A stretch of DNA of 64,000 bases from an uncultured Chloroflexia bacterium. GTDB taxonomy: Bacteria > Chloroflexota > Chloroflexia > QHBQ01 > JADMIH01. The notes beneath the pieces are model-generated. The model ran no database searches. It was given only the letters and a program-made list of their open reading frames with translations, and was not told the origin of the DNA. Shown here in pieces: positions 36,490-46,773 of this stretch (within the stretch, counting starts at the first letter, position 1; each line of letters begins with the position of its first letter). The translations under genes and the position numbers were made by a program. The DNA lies in contig CAWCNY010000002.1 in the NCBI GenBank assembly GCA_963797095.1, positions 1,248,001 to 1,312,000 on the forward strand, in the 5' to 3' direction.

Positions 36490-38421
36490 CTACCTCTTTG
36501 CCTGGCCGGGCTTTGGTTGGCGGATGGGCCAGCGCCACCGAAGCCTGAGGCCGCCGGGCCTGTTGTATACCCACCACTCGGCAGCCAGCACCAGGAGTCC
36601 TGCTATGAGCACCCAGGGCCATATTTCGACGGGCGCTTCCTGCTGCGATGATTGGGGGCCTGTGGGCTGAGCGGGTTGTCCAGGCAATATTAGCTCAGGG
36701 TGTGGGGTGATATCCGATTCGTCCAGGCTGAAGAGGTTGACCGCAAACTGCTCAGGGTCGCCCAATGACTCTCCTTTGGCTTTTTGCTGGACGGTGTATA
36801 TACCAAGTTGCGTGGTGCCTGCAAACGATACCTGTCCTTGCGGTTGTAGGGTGGTGCTCTGAGCACCTTCGCCTGGAGGAGTGACCACGATCTCGTCCGC
36901 TTCGGGGAGGGCGCGGATGCTGACCGGGTCGCCAGCGCCGAGGATTGGGGGCAGGTCGAGTGTGGCCTGGGGCTGTAGCCATGATATGAGGTTAGACATG
37001 AGGATTGGGAAGGCAACCTGTAGGGGCAGGTCGGTCTGGTGGAGATCGAAGGCGAAGATGACTATGCGCTTGCCCTCTATTTCTCCGGCCAGCATCAGGG
37101 GGTCGCCTGCGGTGGAGCGCACCAGGACGCGCGCCCATGACGGAGTGTCGATCTTCTGTGCAATCCCTATGTGGGTGTTCGTCAGGTCAACGAAGCGAAG
37201 GAGAGGATCGTTTACTGCTACCTGCCCTATGGTGGGGTATTGGATGGTGCCCGATACGGGAGCGAGGGCGGAATTGGGCGGCGCGAAAAGGAGCAGGTTG
37301 CCGCCGGGGAGATCCTGCGGGACATAGGCATCGAGCACCGTCAGGGCGAAATCGTCGGATGGGGTGTACTCGGCTGGGGCGGTCTTGAAGAGCTTCACAC
37401 CAGGTATGAGGTTGAGCGCCTTTTCGATAAAGCCGTTGCTTTGGGTCACGAGGAGGACGTTTTGGGCAGGGGGTTGGGGCCTCAAGGCCCAGGCTGTGTT
37501 ATCGGCCTGGAGCAGATCGGCCTGGGGATCGCCTGTGGTCAGGCGGGCCTCGGCCTGCTTCATATCGAGGGGGAGGCCCTCGATAGTGAGGGTTTGTTCT
37601 TTCCCGGCATCTAGGCTCACGCGCCGCGAATCACGCAGTTGGCCATCTACCGATATGGAGACGAGGGCGCTTACCTGCTGTGGGCCGTTATTGTAGAGGC
37701 TTGCGAATAGCTGCGGCCCACCGGGGGCCTCCCTCAGCGACAGGGAGGTGATCGCGATGTTATTGGGCGACTTTCCTACGTTGATGTACTGCGTTTTGGC
37801 CTCTATTTGTGGCAAGGAATCTGCTCCCGCCAGCGCCCCGTCCGAGATCAGCACTACTGTGCCGTCGCCCAGTTGGCGGGCCGATGCGCCCGCGAGGGTC
37901 AGAGCCGCGCTCATGTCGGCCCGCCCGTTGCCTGCCGCGAGGCTGTGGATGGCGCTGTGTAGAACTGCCTTGTCGCCCGATGCCTGGGCAGCGGTTTGGG
38001 CTCGTGGTCCCGCCCAGATGATGGTTGCCTTGTTGTCCTCACCCAACCCGTCGATCAACCTATCGGCCTCTTTGGTGGCCTGCTCGAACCGGGGTGTGCC
38101 ACCTTCTTCATCGGCGCTTTGCATGGAGGCCGACGCGTCAAGCACGAGCACGAGGTTGCCTGCCACGGCGGAGCGCGAAAGGACGAAGGGCCGGGCTAAT
38201 CCCAGCACGAGGAGGATGAGTAAGAGCAATTGCAGGAGGAGGAGGAGATTGCGGCGGAGGCGTTGCCAGGGAGCGTTGGCCGTGCGGTCCATGAGGGCGC
38301 GACGCCAGAGCATGGAGGATGATACGCTCAGTTCTTCGCGGCGCAAGCGGAGCATGTAGAAGATGATTATGGGGATAGCGAGGGCCAGGAGCGCAAGCGC
38401 AACAGGTAGCAAAATGCCCAT
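36490..38421 (-). CDS. BatA/vWA domain membrane protein
   Basis: N-terminal BatA (IPIIIFYML..SSMLW..LARP), DASASM MIDAS, C-terminal TM + EWW. Confidence 0.88.
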   Translation of the reverse strand: MGILLPVALALLALAIPIIIFYMLRLRREELSVSSSMLWRRALMDRTANAPWQRLRRNLLLLLQLLLLILLVLGLARPFVLSRSAVAGNLVLVLDASASMQSADEEGGTPRFEQATKEADRLIDGLGEDNKATIIWAGPRAQTAAQASGDKAVLHSAIHSLAAGNGRADMSAALTLAGASARQLGDGTVVLISDGALAGADSLPQIEAKTQYINVGKSPNNIAITSLSLREAPGGPQLFASLYNNGPQQVSALVSISVDGQLRDSRRVSLDAGKEQTLTIEGLPLDMKQAEARLTTGDPQADLLQADNTAWALRPQPPAQNVLLVTQSNGFIEKALNLIPGVKLFKTAPAEYTPSDDFALTVLDAYVPQDLPGGNLLLFAPPNSALAPVSGTIQYPTIGQVAVNDPLLRFVDLTNTHIGIAQKIDTPSWARVLVRSTAGDPLMLAGEIEGKRIVIFAFDLHQTDLPLQVAFPILMSNLISWLQPQATLDLPPILGAGDPVSIRALPEADEIVVTPPGEGAQSTTLQPQGQVSFAGTTQLGIYTVQQKAKGESLGDPEQFAVNLFSLDESDITPHPELILPGQPAQPTGPQSSQQEAPVEIWPWVLIAGLLVLAAEWWVYNRPGGLRLRWRWPIRQPKPGQAKR

Positions 38422-38442
38422 AGTTTATTGTACCATGTGGGC

Positions 38443-39828
38443 ATGAAAGCTCAGATGCTTGACATTCTGTTGTGCCCGGCAAGTGATTGCATGTCTGCCG
38501 ACCTGATCCTTGAGGCGCACGAGGTCGAAACTATTCAGTACAATGATGGCCCGGTCGAGGAGGTCAAAGAGGGGACTATCCTGTGTGCGTCATGCGGCAG
38601 AAAGTATCCCGTGGCCGAGTATGTGCCTGACTTTAGCCAACTCTTCCCCGGTGCCTTGAAGAGCGAAGCCGATTTCTGGAACGGCTGGTACGGCTTTATG
38701 TGGGACAAGAAGCACCTGGGGTTCTTCGACCATCGAGAAACGGTCGCACCGTTTCTTACGTCGGGGGTTGGCGTTCTGGATCCCGCCAGGCTGCAACACC
38801 AGGACATGCCCGGCATCCATACGATGATCGAGGCCCACCCACTTATGCGTTCCGCGAAGCGACTGCTAGAGATCGGGTGCGGGACGGGCTGGAACACCCT
38901 CTATTTCGCGAGGCAGGGGCACAATGTGGTGGCCTTCGACCCGGCATCGCGCAACGTGCAGCTTGCCAAGCGTTATGCGGTCTCTCAGGGGGAGTATGTG
39001 GAGTACATGTGCGCGGCGCAAGGGTATGTTGCCTTCAAGCCTGAGGTGTTCGATGGCGTGATCGCGTTTCATTCGCTGCACCATATCCCTCATCTGCGCC
39101 ACGAACTAAACGTGGTGCGATCGTGGCTTGGAGACGGGGGTGTGATCGGCGTGGACGAGCATATTCGTAATGAGCCGATATTGGAGGGTATACGGGACGC
39201 GATGCTGGCGTGGGCCGAAGCCGAGGTTTTCCCGAAGTATCGTGATGCGGATAGCGAGGGCGATCTATCTGGGCTACCAACAGCATCCCATTCCGAGTTG
39301 GAGGGAGCAGGCAGCGAGGATGTGCTGGAGGCAGTGCTGGACAATTTCGAGCTTGCCGGCTTTTCGAGCAGATTCTATGGCCTGGATGCTTATGCTTTTC
39401 TGCAATACCTGGCTTACGAGCAAGACGAGGCGGTCTATTACAACACGGCCTATGCTGTGGATCGTCTATATAAGTTGTATAGCTCAGCGTTTCCTGAGAA
39501 GGTGGAGCTGGTGACTTTGATCGCTCGTAAGGTGGATGCTATGGGTGCCGGTGATGCTCGGACGAGCGACGAAGTGAGCGATCCTGTGATGGAGGCTCGC
39601 GCCGCGTCCGGCAAAGATAGGCCCAACTCCATAGAAAGCCTGAAGAAATACGTTGTGGAGTTGCAGGGGATTGTGGCTCAGAAGAACAAGCAGATTGAGG
39701 AACTTGAAGAGTGGGCCAGGAGCATGGAACGCGGTATCGCGGAGCAGATGCGGCTTATCAAGCGGATCGAGAGCGGGCGTGTCATGCGCCTGCTGAATAT
39801 GCTGCCGGGCAACCGTAAGAGGCCTTAG
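38443..39828 (+). CDS. Trm112-like + class I SAM methyltransferase with C-terminal coiled coil
   Basis: LDILLCP..CASCGRKYPV, LLEIGCGTG, HSLHH. Confidence 0.8.
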   Translation: MKAQMLDILLCPASDCMSADLILEAHEVETIQYNDGPVEEVKEGTILCASCGRKYPVAEYVPDFSQLFPGALKSEADFWNGWYGFMWDKKHLGFFDHRETVAPFLTSGVGVLDPARLQHQDMPGIHTMIEAHPLMRSAKRLLEIGCGTGWNTLYFARQGHNVVAFDPASRNVQLAKRYAVSQGEYVEYMCAAQGYVAFKPEVFDGVIAFHSLHHIPHLRHELNVVRSWLGDGGVIGVDEHIRNEPILEGIRDAMLAWAEAEVFPKYRDADSEGDLSGLPTASHSELEGAGSEDVLEAVLDNFELAGFSSRFYGLDAYAFLQYLAYEQDEAVYYNTAYAVDRLYKLYSSAFPEKVELVTLIARKVDAMGAGDARTSDEVSDPVMEARAASGKDRPNSIESLKKYVVELQGIVAQKNKQIEELEEWARSMERGIAEQMRLIKRIESGRVMRLLNMLPGNRKRP

Positions 39829-41558
39829 GCGACGCGAATGTCTTTCACCTTTAGTTGAAGGTGTACATCACCCTTCCAGTCGCGCCGCTCGATCCCGAAG
39901 AGGAGATCTACGCGCCGCTTTTGGCGGATGGTCTCGAAGAGATGCCCGGCTCGCCACACCACCGCCTCCACAGGCGCTTTGGAGATGTTGGTCTGGTCGG
40001 CCAACATGAGCTTGAGGTGGCTGCCATCGCCCAGGGGTATGGCGTCTATCACGCGTAGATTGCGGGCCATGAAGACGGGCGACGGATTGGCCGATCCGAA
40101 GGGTGCCAGGCGGTTGAGGCTGTCGAAGGTGTGATTATTCACGTCAGCCATTGTGATTTCGGCGTCGGCCCATACGGTCGGCTGCATGTCACCGTCGTCC
40201 ATTAGCTTGCTCGCAAGCTTGTTGAGCCGCTCCCCTAATTCCGCGATCCTGCTTGTCTTGACAGTAAAACCTGCGGCGGCCTCGTGCCCCCCGTACTTGA
40301 CCAGCATATCTTTTAGCTCGGCCAGAGCGCTGACCATGTTGAAGTTGCGCCCGCTTCGTGCAGACCCACGACTCTCCTCAGGTCCCTCTTCCAGGATCAA
40401 TGTGGGCCGCCCGAACTCCTCGGCAAGCCTGCCTGCCACCAGTCCCACCACACCGGCGGGCCAGCCTGCATCGGACATCACTATTACTTTCGTGTCCTCG
40501 TCGAGCCTGCGGGCGCGCTCGCGCGCTTGTTCGACTACTGAGTTCATGATCGCCTGCCTTCGGCAATTCTGGGCCTCCAGCTTTTGCGCGAGCACCTGCG
40601 CCTCAGCTTCATTGGTGGTCATCAGGAGCCGATAAGCCGTGCTGGCGTCGTCCACTCGCCCGGCTGCGTTGAGGCGCGGCCCGACCACGAACCCGATCCG
40701 CTCGGCGTCGACGCTCTGCATATCAACGTGGGCGAACTTGAGGAGGGTTTTCAGGCCGGGCATGCTGTGCTGCGAGATGGCAGCGATCCCCTGTGTCACG
40801 AGCGAGCGATTGGCCCCCTTGAGAGGCACTACATCGGCCACGGTGCCGATGGCTACCAGGCCAAGCAAATCGAGGTTTCTGAGCGCCGGAGGCTTACCGA
40901 GCCGCTTCACCAGGGCGCGCACTAGCTGGTAGGCGACGCCCACCCCGGCCAGGTCGTGGTAGCATTCGCAGCCGGGTGCTGCCTGCTTGGGATTGATGCA
41001 CGCTGCTGCTTCGGGGAGTTCGTCGGGTAGATGGTGGTGGTCGGTCACGACAACGTCCAGTCCTGCGCGGTGAGCCTCGGCCACCTCGTCTCTGCCTGAG
41101 ATGCCGCAATCGACGGTAATAAGGAGTTTCGCTCCACGACGGGCGATTTCGGCGACAGCGAGGGCGTTCAGCCCGTAACCTTCGGTTGTTCGGTTGGGTA
41201 TATAAGGTTCGGCTTGCGCGCCGAAATGGCGCAGGGCAAGTGTCAGAAGAGAGGTAGATGTAACACCGTCGGCATCGAAGTCGCCGTAGACCACGATCCG
41301 CTCGTTATCGCTTATGGCACGAGCAATACGCTCGACAGCCGCGCTCATGCCTGTCAATTGCAAGGGGTCAGGATAGCTGGCGAGGTCGGGGGGCTTGACG
41401 AAAGCCTCCACATCCTGTGGTTCGGTGATGCCGCGATTAGCCATCACGCGCACCATGAGTGGAGTAAGCTCCAGGTGCTGTAGGCTTGATTGTATGCGCC
41501 GTAGCTGTAAGGGATCAGGCTCCGGGTATACTTCCCAGAGCGAGGGTCGGGCTTCCAA
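39825..41558 (-). CDS. recJ: Single-stranded DNA exonuclease RecJ
   Basis: YGDFDADG, TVDCG, TDHH, GTVADVVPL, GPRLNAAGR, GGHEAAAG. Confidence 0.95.
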   Translation of the reverse strand: MEARPSLWEVYPEPDPLQLRRIQSSLQHLELTPLMVRVMANRGITEPQDVEAFVKPPDLASYPDPLQLTGMSAAVERIARAISDNERIVVYGDFDADGVTSTSLLTLALRHFGAQAEPYIPNRTTEGYGLNALAVAEIARRGAKLLITVDCGISGRDEVAEAHRAGLDVVVTDHHHLPDELPEAAACINPKQAAPGCECYHDLAGVGVAYQLVRALVKRLGKPPALRNLDLLGLVAIGTVADVVPLKGANRSLVTQGIAAISQHSMPGLKTLLKFAHVDMQSVDAERIGFVVGPRLNAAGRVDDASTAYRLLMTTNEAEAQVLAQKLEAQNCRRQAIMNSVVEQARERARRLDEDTKVIVMSDAGWPAGVVGLVAGRLAEEFGRPTLILEEGPEESRGSARSGRNFNMVSALAELKDMLVKYGGHEAAAGFTVKTSRIAELGERLNKLASKLMDDGDMQPTVWADAEITMADVNNHTFDSLNRLAPFGSANPSPVFMARNLRVIDAIPLGDGSHLKLMLADQTNISKAPVEAVVWRAGHLFETIRQKRRVDLLFGIERRDWKGDVHLQLKVKDIRVA

Positions 41559-41782
41559 ATTGTCGCTCTCTATAAGCTCTTTTCCACAATGCTCTCACGA
41601 ATTACACATTCGTCTCTGCTGAGATCATAGCACACCGGATCGTGTGACCGCAACAGGGGAGAGCACTGGTTAGGACCATCTTCGGGGTCGGAACGAGACT
41701 TATCTCACTTGTGCGTAACCTTTGTGCGTCGTATGATTAGCAGAGGGGTTTCGTATTACCTTCGTCATTCGTCATTCGTCTT

Positions 41783-44700
41783 GTGTGCAACATGGTTGGA
41801 ATGGTGCATCAAACCGAGCAAGTCCAGCACGGGTGGGCGACCTTTGCTCCCGAAGAGTTCGTCGGGCAAAGGCCAGGCCGGTCTGCGCGTCCTATCCTCT
41901 CTGCGATAACCGAAATCAACGATTTGCTCCTTTCGCCTGAGAGCCAGCACGATCTTTTTGTGTCTATCGCTCAGGTTTGTGCTCGCGCCCTTGACTATCC
42001 TTTTGTGTCGGTGCTCCTTTTTGATGACGATCTGCAGCACATTCAAGTAGCCGGTATCAACGACCCTGATATTAATCTATTGATGGTCAGGCGTGGGTCG
42101 GATGTCGTGTACAGGCCGGTGTTCCCGCTTTCAGTGTTACGCGATCTCCCGTGGATGAAGGCTGTGCGCGATGGTATGATCGTTGTTACGACCAGGCCCC
42201 AGGAGCTTATAACGCCCTTTGCTACGGCAGTAAGCGCTCGCACCCTGGTTCGCAGGTTGGGGATCGTGCAAGGTATTGTGATCCCGCTCATTGTACGGGG
42301 CAAGATGGTAGGCGCGCTCAAGGTTGGTTCGAGACGGGCTGAGTACGAGCCTGGAGAGCGTAACGATCTCCTCTCGTTGGCCCACCATACAGCGCTAGCG
42401 CAAGAGCTGTGGCGACTGTATGATCGTGCGGAGGGTCGTACCGCCATTCTTAAGAGGCTGCATACTCTCTCGCAGACGATTACCGGCATACTCGACCTTG
42501 ATATGCTGTACCAGGAAATCGTGAAGGCAGCGGGCAGGCTTGCACCCATAGATTTCTGCACTGTCAATATTCTCACGCCTGACCGCAAGGGCTACAGGAA
42601 TCATGCCGCCTGGGGCGAGGGGCTGCGCTCCGAAGTGCTGGGCGGTATTCGCAGTATAGATATCTTCCCGCGCGAGATGATACGCCGCGCACTGGCAGGC
42701 AAGCCGATGCTGGTGGCCGATCTCAGTAAGTACCCGGCGGCCAGGAAGCGACTCAGCCACCGGAATGCCGGCGCAGTGGCTGTCTTTACCTTCAGGTCCG
42801 AGGGCAGACCGATTGGCTTCATAACGGTGGGCCGCGATGAACCGGGTGAATGGGAAAGCGAAACGGTTGAGATGCTGAATGAGTTGGCGGAATATGTGGC
42901 GGTGGCTTTCACTAATGCGCGCCGCTATGCTGAGGCAACACGCCAGGCCGCCGTCCAGACAGCCCTCGCGGAGAGTGCTCGCATGATCGCTCGTGCCGAG
43001 ACACGCAGCGTTATCCAGGCAATTGTGGAGGCTGGGAGCCGCCTCTTCATGGACTCGCGCTTCGCGTTGCTTCTACCCGATGCTGCCGGTGACCTCATTT
43101 GCGTGGCCGCACATGGCCCCGGCACCGAGGACGTGCTGGGCTTCTGGGTGCATAAGGGCGAGGGCTTGGCAGGCATCGTTTTCGAGAGTGGCAAGCCTGC
43201 GATGACGGAGGATATACAGGCCGAGGCAAGCTCGGCGCGCAAGGATATAGATGAGCGCGCCCACTTCCACTCGTATATGGCCGTACCAATGACGGATGAG
43301 ATCGGTACGATAGGGGTGCTGGTGGCGGGGCACCACGAGCGTGGCCTCTATACAGAGAGCGACCTTACGTTGTTGAACACCCTTGCCGACCATGCCACCA
43401 TCGCGATGCAGAACGAGCGCTTGCTGACCGAGGCGCGGCGCACGGCGACCGAACAGGAGACGCTAGCTGAGAGCGCGCGCCTGATCGCCAGGGCCGAAAC
43501 AGAAACTGTGCTGCAAACTATTGTGCAGGCAGGCAACGCGCTTGTTCTGGGTTCGCAGTTCGCCGCGCTTCTGCCGGACAACGACGGCAACCTGGTATGT
43601 GTAGCTGCCTTTGGTCCCCAAACCGACAGGATCATAGGGTATAAGATCAAGAAAGGCCAGGGCCTGTTGGGTCGCGTGTTCATGCATGGCGAGCCGATGC
43701 TGGTTGAGGATATCCAGACGGCACCAGGTTCGGCCTACGGACAGGCTGAGGTGAAGGCGGGATTCCGCTCGTGGATGGCTGTGCCGATGATGTCCGAGCA
43801 GGGGTCAATCGGAGTGCTGGCGGCCACTCACGCTCAGCCAGGTCTTTATACCGCGGCGCACCTGAATCTCGTCAGCACGCTGGCCGATCACGCCACTATA
43901 GCTCTCGAAAATCAGCGGCTTCTGCAAGATGCCAATCGGCAGGCCACCGAGCAAGCAGCGTTGGCCGAAAGCGCCAATGCGATTGCCCGCCTGGACGTGG
44001 AGACGGTGCTGAACACAATCGTCTCAAGGGCCAGTGAGATAGTGCAGTTGTCGCGCTGTAGCGTCTTTCTCTATGAAGAGGAAACCGGCGTGCTTAAATG
44101 GGCGGCCGGGGTTGATTCACCACCTGAGCTGCAGGCCGAGGCCTTCCCGGCTACCGATGGCCTCATGGGAGAAGCATTTTCCACGGGCAAGCCTGTGCTG
44201 GTGGACGACATAACCGTGGACCGGAGAGCCACTGCGCGCCACATGCTGGAACCTACCGGTACAAGATCTTTTCTGTGCGTGCCTTTGCGGTGGGGGTCAA
44301 ACACAACCGGCGTGTTGCTGACGACCCACCGCGAGGTAGGTATTTTTACTCCTCATGATAGCGATCTGCTTTGCACCTTCGCGGACTACGCAGCTATAGC
44401 CCTTTCCAACGCACGATTCTATGCCAGCCTTCAGCAGCGCGAGGAGGAACGCGCATACCTCCTGCGCAAACTTATGAGCGGGCAGGAAGCCGAGCGGCGA
44501 CGCGTGGCCGTGGACATCCATGATGGCCCCTTGCAGTCTATAGGTGTCAATATCCTGGCTATAGATCGTATTCGTAAGCTGATGGACATTGGCCGTAGCT
44601 CTGATGCTCTTGCTGAACTGGTGCAGGTGCGCGAAGGGATGTCGGCGGTAGTGCAGGAATTACGCGATGTGATCAACGACCTGCGGCCGGTAGTGCTGGA

Positions 44701-45100
44701 GAACCTGGGTCTGGTGGCGGCCACCGGGGCCTACCTCAAGCACTTCCGGGAGCACTCCGATATCCACGTACACCTGGAAGACAAGCTCGACGGCCAACGA
44801 TTGCCTGCCTCGAAAGAAGTAGTGTTCTTCAGGCTTCTGCAAGAGGCGCTCACCAATGTGCGAAAGCACGCGAGCGCCGGCTCGGTGTGGGTGACTTTCG
44901 ATGTGGCGGGCGGAGTGTTCAGGATGAGTGTTACAGATAACGGGCTTGGCTTCGACCCGAAATCGATGGCGCGCTCGCGCGATAGTGGGCATATTGGACT
45001 CCACAGTATGCAGGAACGGATCGAGGCCATTGGTGGTGGCATGGAGATCGAGAGCACCGAAGGACAGGGAACCCGCCTGACGTTCCGGGCAAACTTGTAA
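41783..45100 (+). CDS. Multi-GAF sensor histidine kinase (HisKA_3)
   Basis: Five GAF-like repeats; ERRRVAVDIHDGPLQ, QEALTNVRKHA, DNGLGF, GLHSMQER. Confidence 0.9.
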   Translation: MCNMVGMVHQTEQVQHGWATFAPEEFVGQRPGRSARPILSAITEINDLLLSPESQHDLFVSIAQVCARALDYPFVSVLLFDDDLQHIQVAGINDPDINLLMVRRGSDVVYRPVFPLSVLRDLPWMKAVRDGMIVVTTRPQELITPFATAVSARTLVRRLGIVQGIVIPLIVRGKMVGALKVGSRRAEYEPGERNDLLSLAHHTALAQELWRLYDRAEGRTAILKRLHTLSQTITGILDLDMLYQEIVKAAGRLAPIDFCTVNILTPDRKGYRNHAAWGEGLRSEVLGGIRSIDIFPREMIRRALAGKPMLVADLSKYPAARKRLSHRNAGAVAVFTFRSEGRPIGFITVGRDEPGEWESETVEMLNELAEYVAVAFTNARRYAEATRQAAVQTALAESARMIARAETRSVIQAIVEAGSRLFMDSRFALLLPDAAGDLICVAAHGPGTEDVLGFWVHKGEGLAGIVFESGKPAMTEDIQAEASSARKDIDERAHFHSYMAVPMTDEIGTIGVLVAGHHERGLYTESDLTLLNTLADHATIAMQNERLLTEARRTATEQETLAESARLIARAETETVLQTIVQAGNALVLGSQFAALLPDNDGNLVCVAAFGPQTDRIIGYKIKKGQGLLGRVFMHGEPMLVEDIQTAPGSAYGQAEVKAGFRSWMAVPMMSEQGSIGVLAATHAQPGLYTAAHLNLVSTLADHATIALENQRLLQDANRQATEQAALAESANAIARLDVETVLNTIVSRASEIVQLSRCSVFLYEEETGVLKWAAGVDSPPELQAEAFPATDGLMGEAFSTGKPVLVDDITVDRRATARHMLEPTGTRSFLCVPLRWGSNTTGVLLTTHREVGIFTPHDSDLLCTFADYAAIALSNARFYASLQQREEERAYLLRKLMSGQEAERRRVAVDIHDGPLQSIGVNILAIDRIRKLMDIGRSSDALAELVQVREGMSAVVQELRDVINDLRPVVLENLGLVAATGAYLKHFREHSDIHVHLEDKLDGQRLPASKEVVFFRLLQEALTNVRKHASAGSVWVTFDVAGGVFRMSVTDNGLGFDPKSMARSRDSGHIGLHSMQERIEAIGGGMEIESTEGQGTRLTFRANL

Positions 45101-45216
45101 GTGCGGAGTATGGAGTGCGGAATGCGGAGTTTGAGGTTTGTTGAGCGGGACTTTGGCGCTATAATTACTGCTGTTGGCGCATTCCGCAGCCCATATTCCG
45201 AACCCCGCATTTAGTT

Positions 45217-46056
45217 ATGCCGCGCATTTACACCTGGCAACACACCGTCCGCAACTATGAAGGCGATGCCTGGGGGCAGTTGCAGCCCTCGGGTATTTTG
45301 CGCTTGCTGGAGCGCTCGGCGATCATCGCTGCGGCGGAGGGGGGCTACGGGCGCGAGTTCCATGACGAGCATAATACGGCGTGGGTGGTGCGTAGGATGA
45401 AGCTGCTGATGCCCTCGGTGGCTCATGCTAACGACGATCTGGAGATCACGACGTGGGCTTCGCACTTTGTGCGAGTGCGCGGCGGACGCGAGTACCGCGT
45501 TCAGAACCTTGATACCGACCAGCAGATCGCTCATGCTATCGCCGAATGGGTGTACATAGACAGGGCTACGGGTGCTCCCAGGGCTATCCCGGCGTCGGTG
45601 GGGGTCGATTTTGACGTGCCCGGTGCACCGCTTGGCAACTACGAGCCGCCCGCCGTTGCATCGCTGGATAGTCCACGGGAGTTCGTGGACACGAGACGTG
45701 CTGAGTGGTATGAAGCCGATACTATGGGCCATGTGAACAACGCAGTGTATGCCGATTGGCTGGATGCGGCGACGAGGCTGGCTATGGAGGAGATGGGGTG
45801 GCCTATTGTGAGGCTGAAGGCTGATGGGTTCCAACTACGGGCTGAATATCTCTACCTCGATTATAAGAGCCCGGTGCTTCCCGGTGAGCGGCTGGTGGTG
45901 ACTACCCGGCTGGTGGGCATGGAAGGTAGATTGTGCGCTACCAGCCACTCGATAGCGCGGGCCGAGGATGGGACGGAAGCGGCATTAGCGGAGTATGTGT
46001 ATGGGTGGGCAGATGAGGCGGGTGAGCCTTTGGAGCCGCCTGTTGGCTGGGGTTGA
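45217..46056 (+). CDS. Acyl-ACP thioesterase (double hotdog)
   Basis: Two hotdog folds; DTMGHVNNAVY. Confidence 0.85.
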   Translation: MPRIYTWQHTVRNYEGDAWGQLQPSGILRLLERSAIIAAAEGGYGREFHDEHNTAWVVRRMKLLMPSVAHANDDLEITTWASHFVRVRGGREYRVQNLDTDQQIAHAIAEWVYIDRATGAPRAIPASVGVDFDVPGAPLGNYEPPAVASLDSPREFVDTRRAEWYEADTMGHVNNAVYADWLDAATRLAMEEMGWPIVRLKADGFQLRAEYLYLDYKSPVLPGERLVVTTRLVGMEGRLCATSHSIARAEDGTEAALAEYVYGWADEAGEPLEPPVGWG

Positions 46057-46068
46057 TATAATTGGCTC

Positions 46069-46773
46069 ATGTTTGATAAGTCGGCTCGCTTCTATGATGC
46101 TGTTTATGCGTGGAAGGACTATGCGGGCGAGAGTGTGCGGCTGCATACTTTGATAGAGGAGAAGGCGCAGAGGCTAGCGGGTACGTTGCTTGATGTGGCT
46201 TGCGGCACCGGGGCGCATCTGGCTTACCTTCGGGAGCACTATGAGGTGGAGGGGCTTGACCTGAATGCTGAGTTGCTTGATGTAGCTCACGAGCGTTTGC
46301 CAGGGGTGCCTCTGCACCTGGGGAATATGCTCGATTTTGATCTGGGACGCACGTTCGATGTGGTGACCTGCCTCTTCTCGGCTATCGCTTATGTCGGGAC
46401 TATCGATAATCTGCATATGGCGGTGGGCAATTTGGCCCGGCACGTCGCGAAGGGCGGGGTTTTGATTGTTGAGCCCTGGGCCGCGCCTGATGGATTTGTG
46501 ATTGATGGCAAGCCCCATGCGCACTTCACCGATTGGCCTGATGTGAAGGTTGCGCGGATGAGTATGAGCGCAAAGCGGGATAACATATCGGTGCTGCACT
46601 TTCATTATCTGGTTGGGACTCCTGAGGGCATTGACTACTTCACTGAAACACATGAATTAGGGCTGTTCACGCATGCCGAGTATTTGGACGCGTTCAAGAG
46701 CGCGGGATTTGAGGTGAGCTACGACCCTGAGGGGTTGATGGGGCGCGGACTGTATATCGGCGTTAGTTCTTAG
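46069..46773 (+). CDS. Class I SAM-dependent methyltransferase
   Basis: LLDVACGTG, FDVVTCLFSAI; leaderless TGATATAAT-N6-ATG. Confidence 0.88.
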   Translation: MFDKSARFYDAVYAWKDYAGESVRLHTLIEEKAQRLAGTLLDVACGTGAHLAYLREHYEVEGLDLNAELLDVAHERLPGVPLHLGNMLDFDLGRTFDVVTCLFSAIAYVGTIDNLHMAVGNLARHVAKGGVLIVEPWAAPDGFVIDGKPHAHFTDWPDVKVARMSMSAKRDNISVLHFHYLVGTPEGIDYFTETHELGLFTHAEYLDAFKSAGFEVSYDPEGLMGRGLYIGVSS

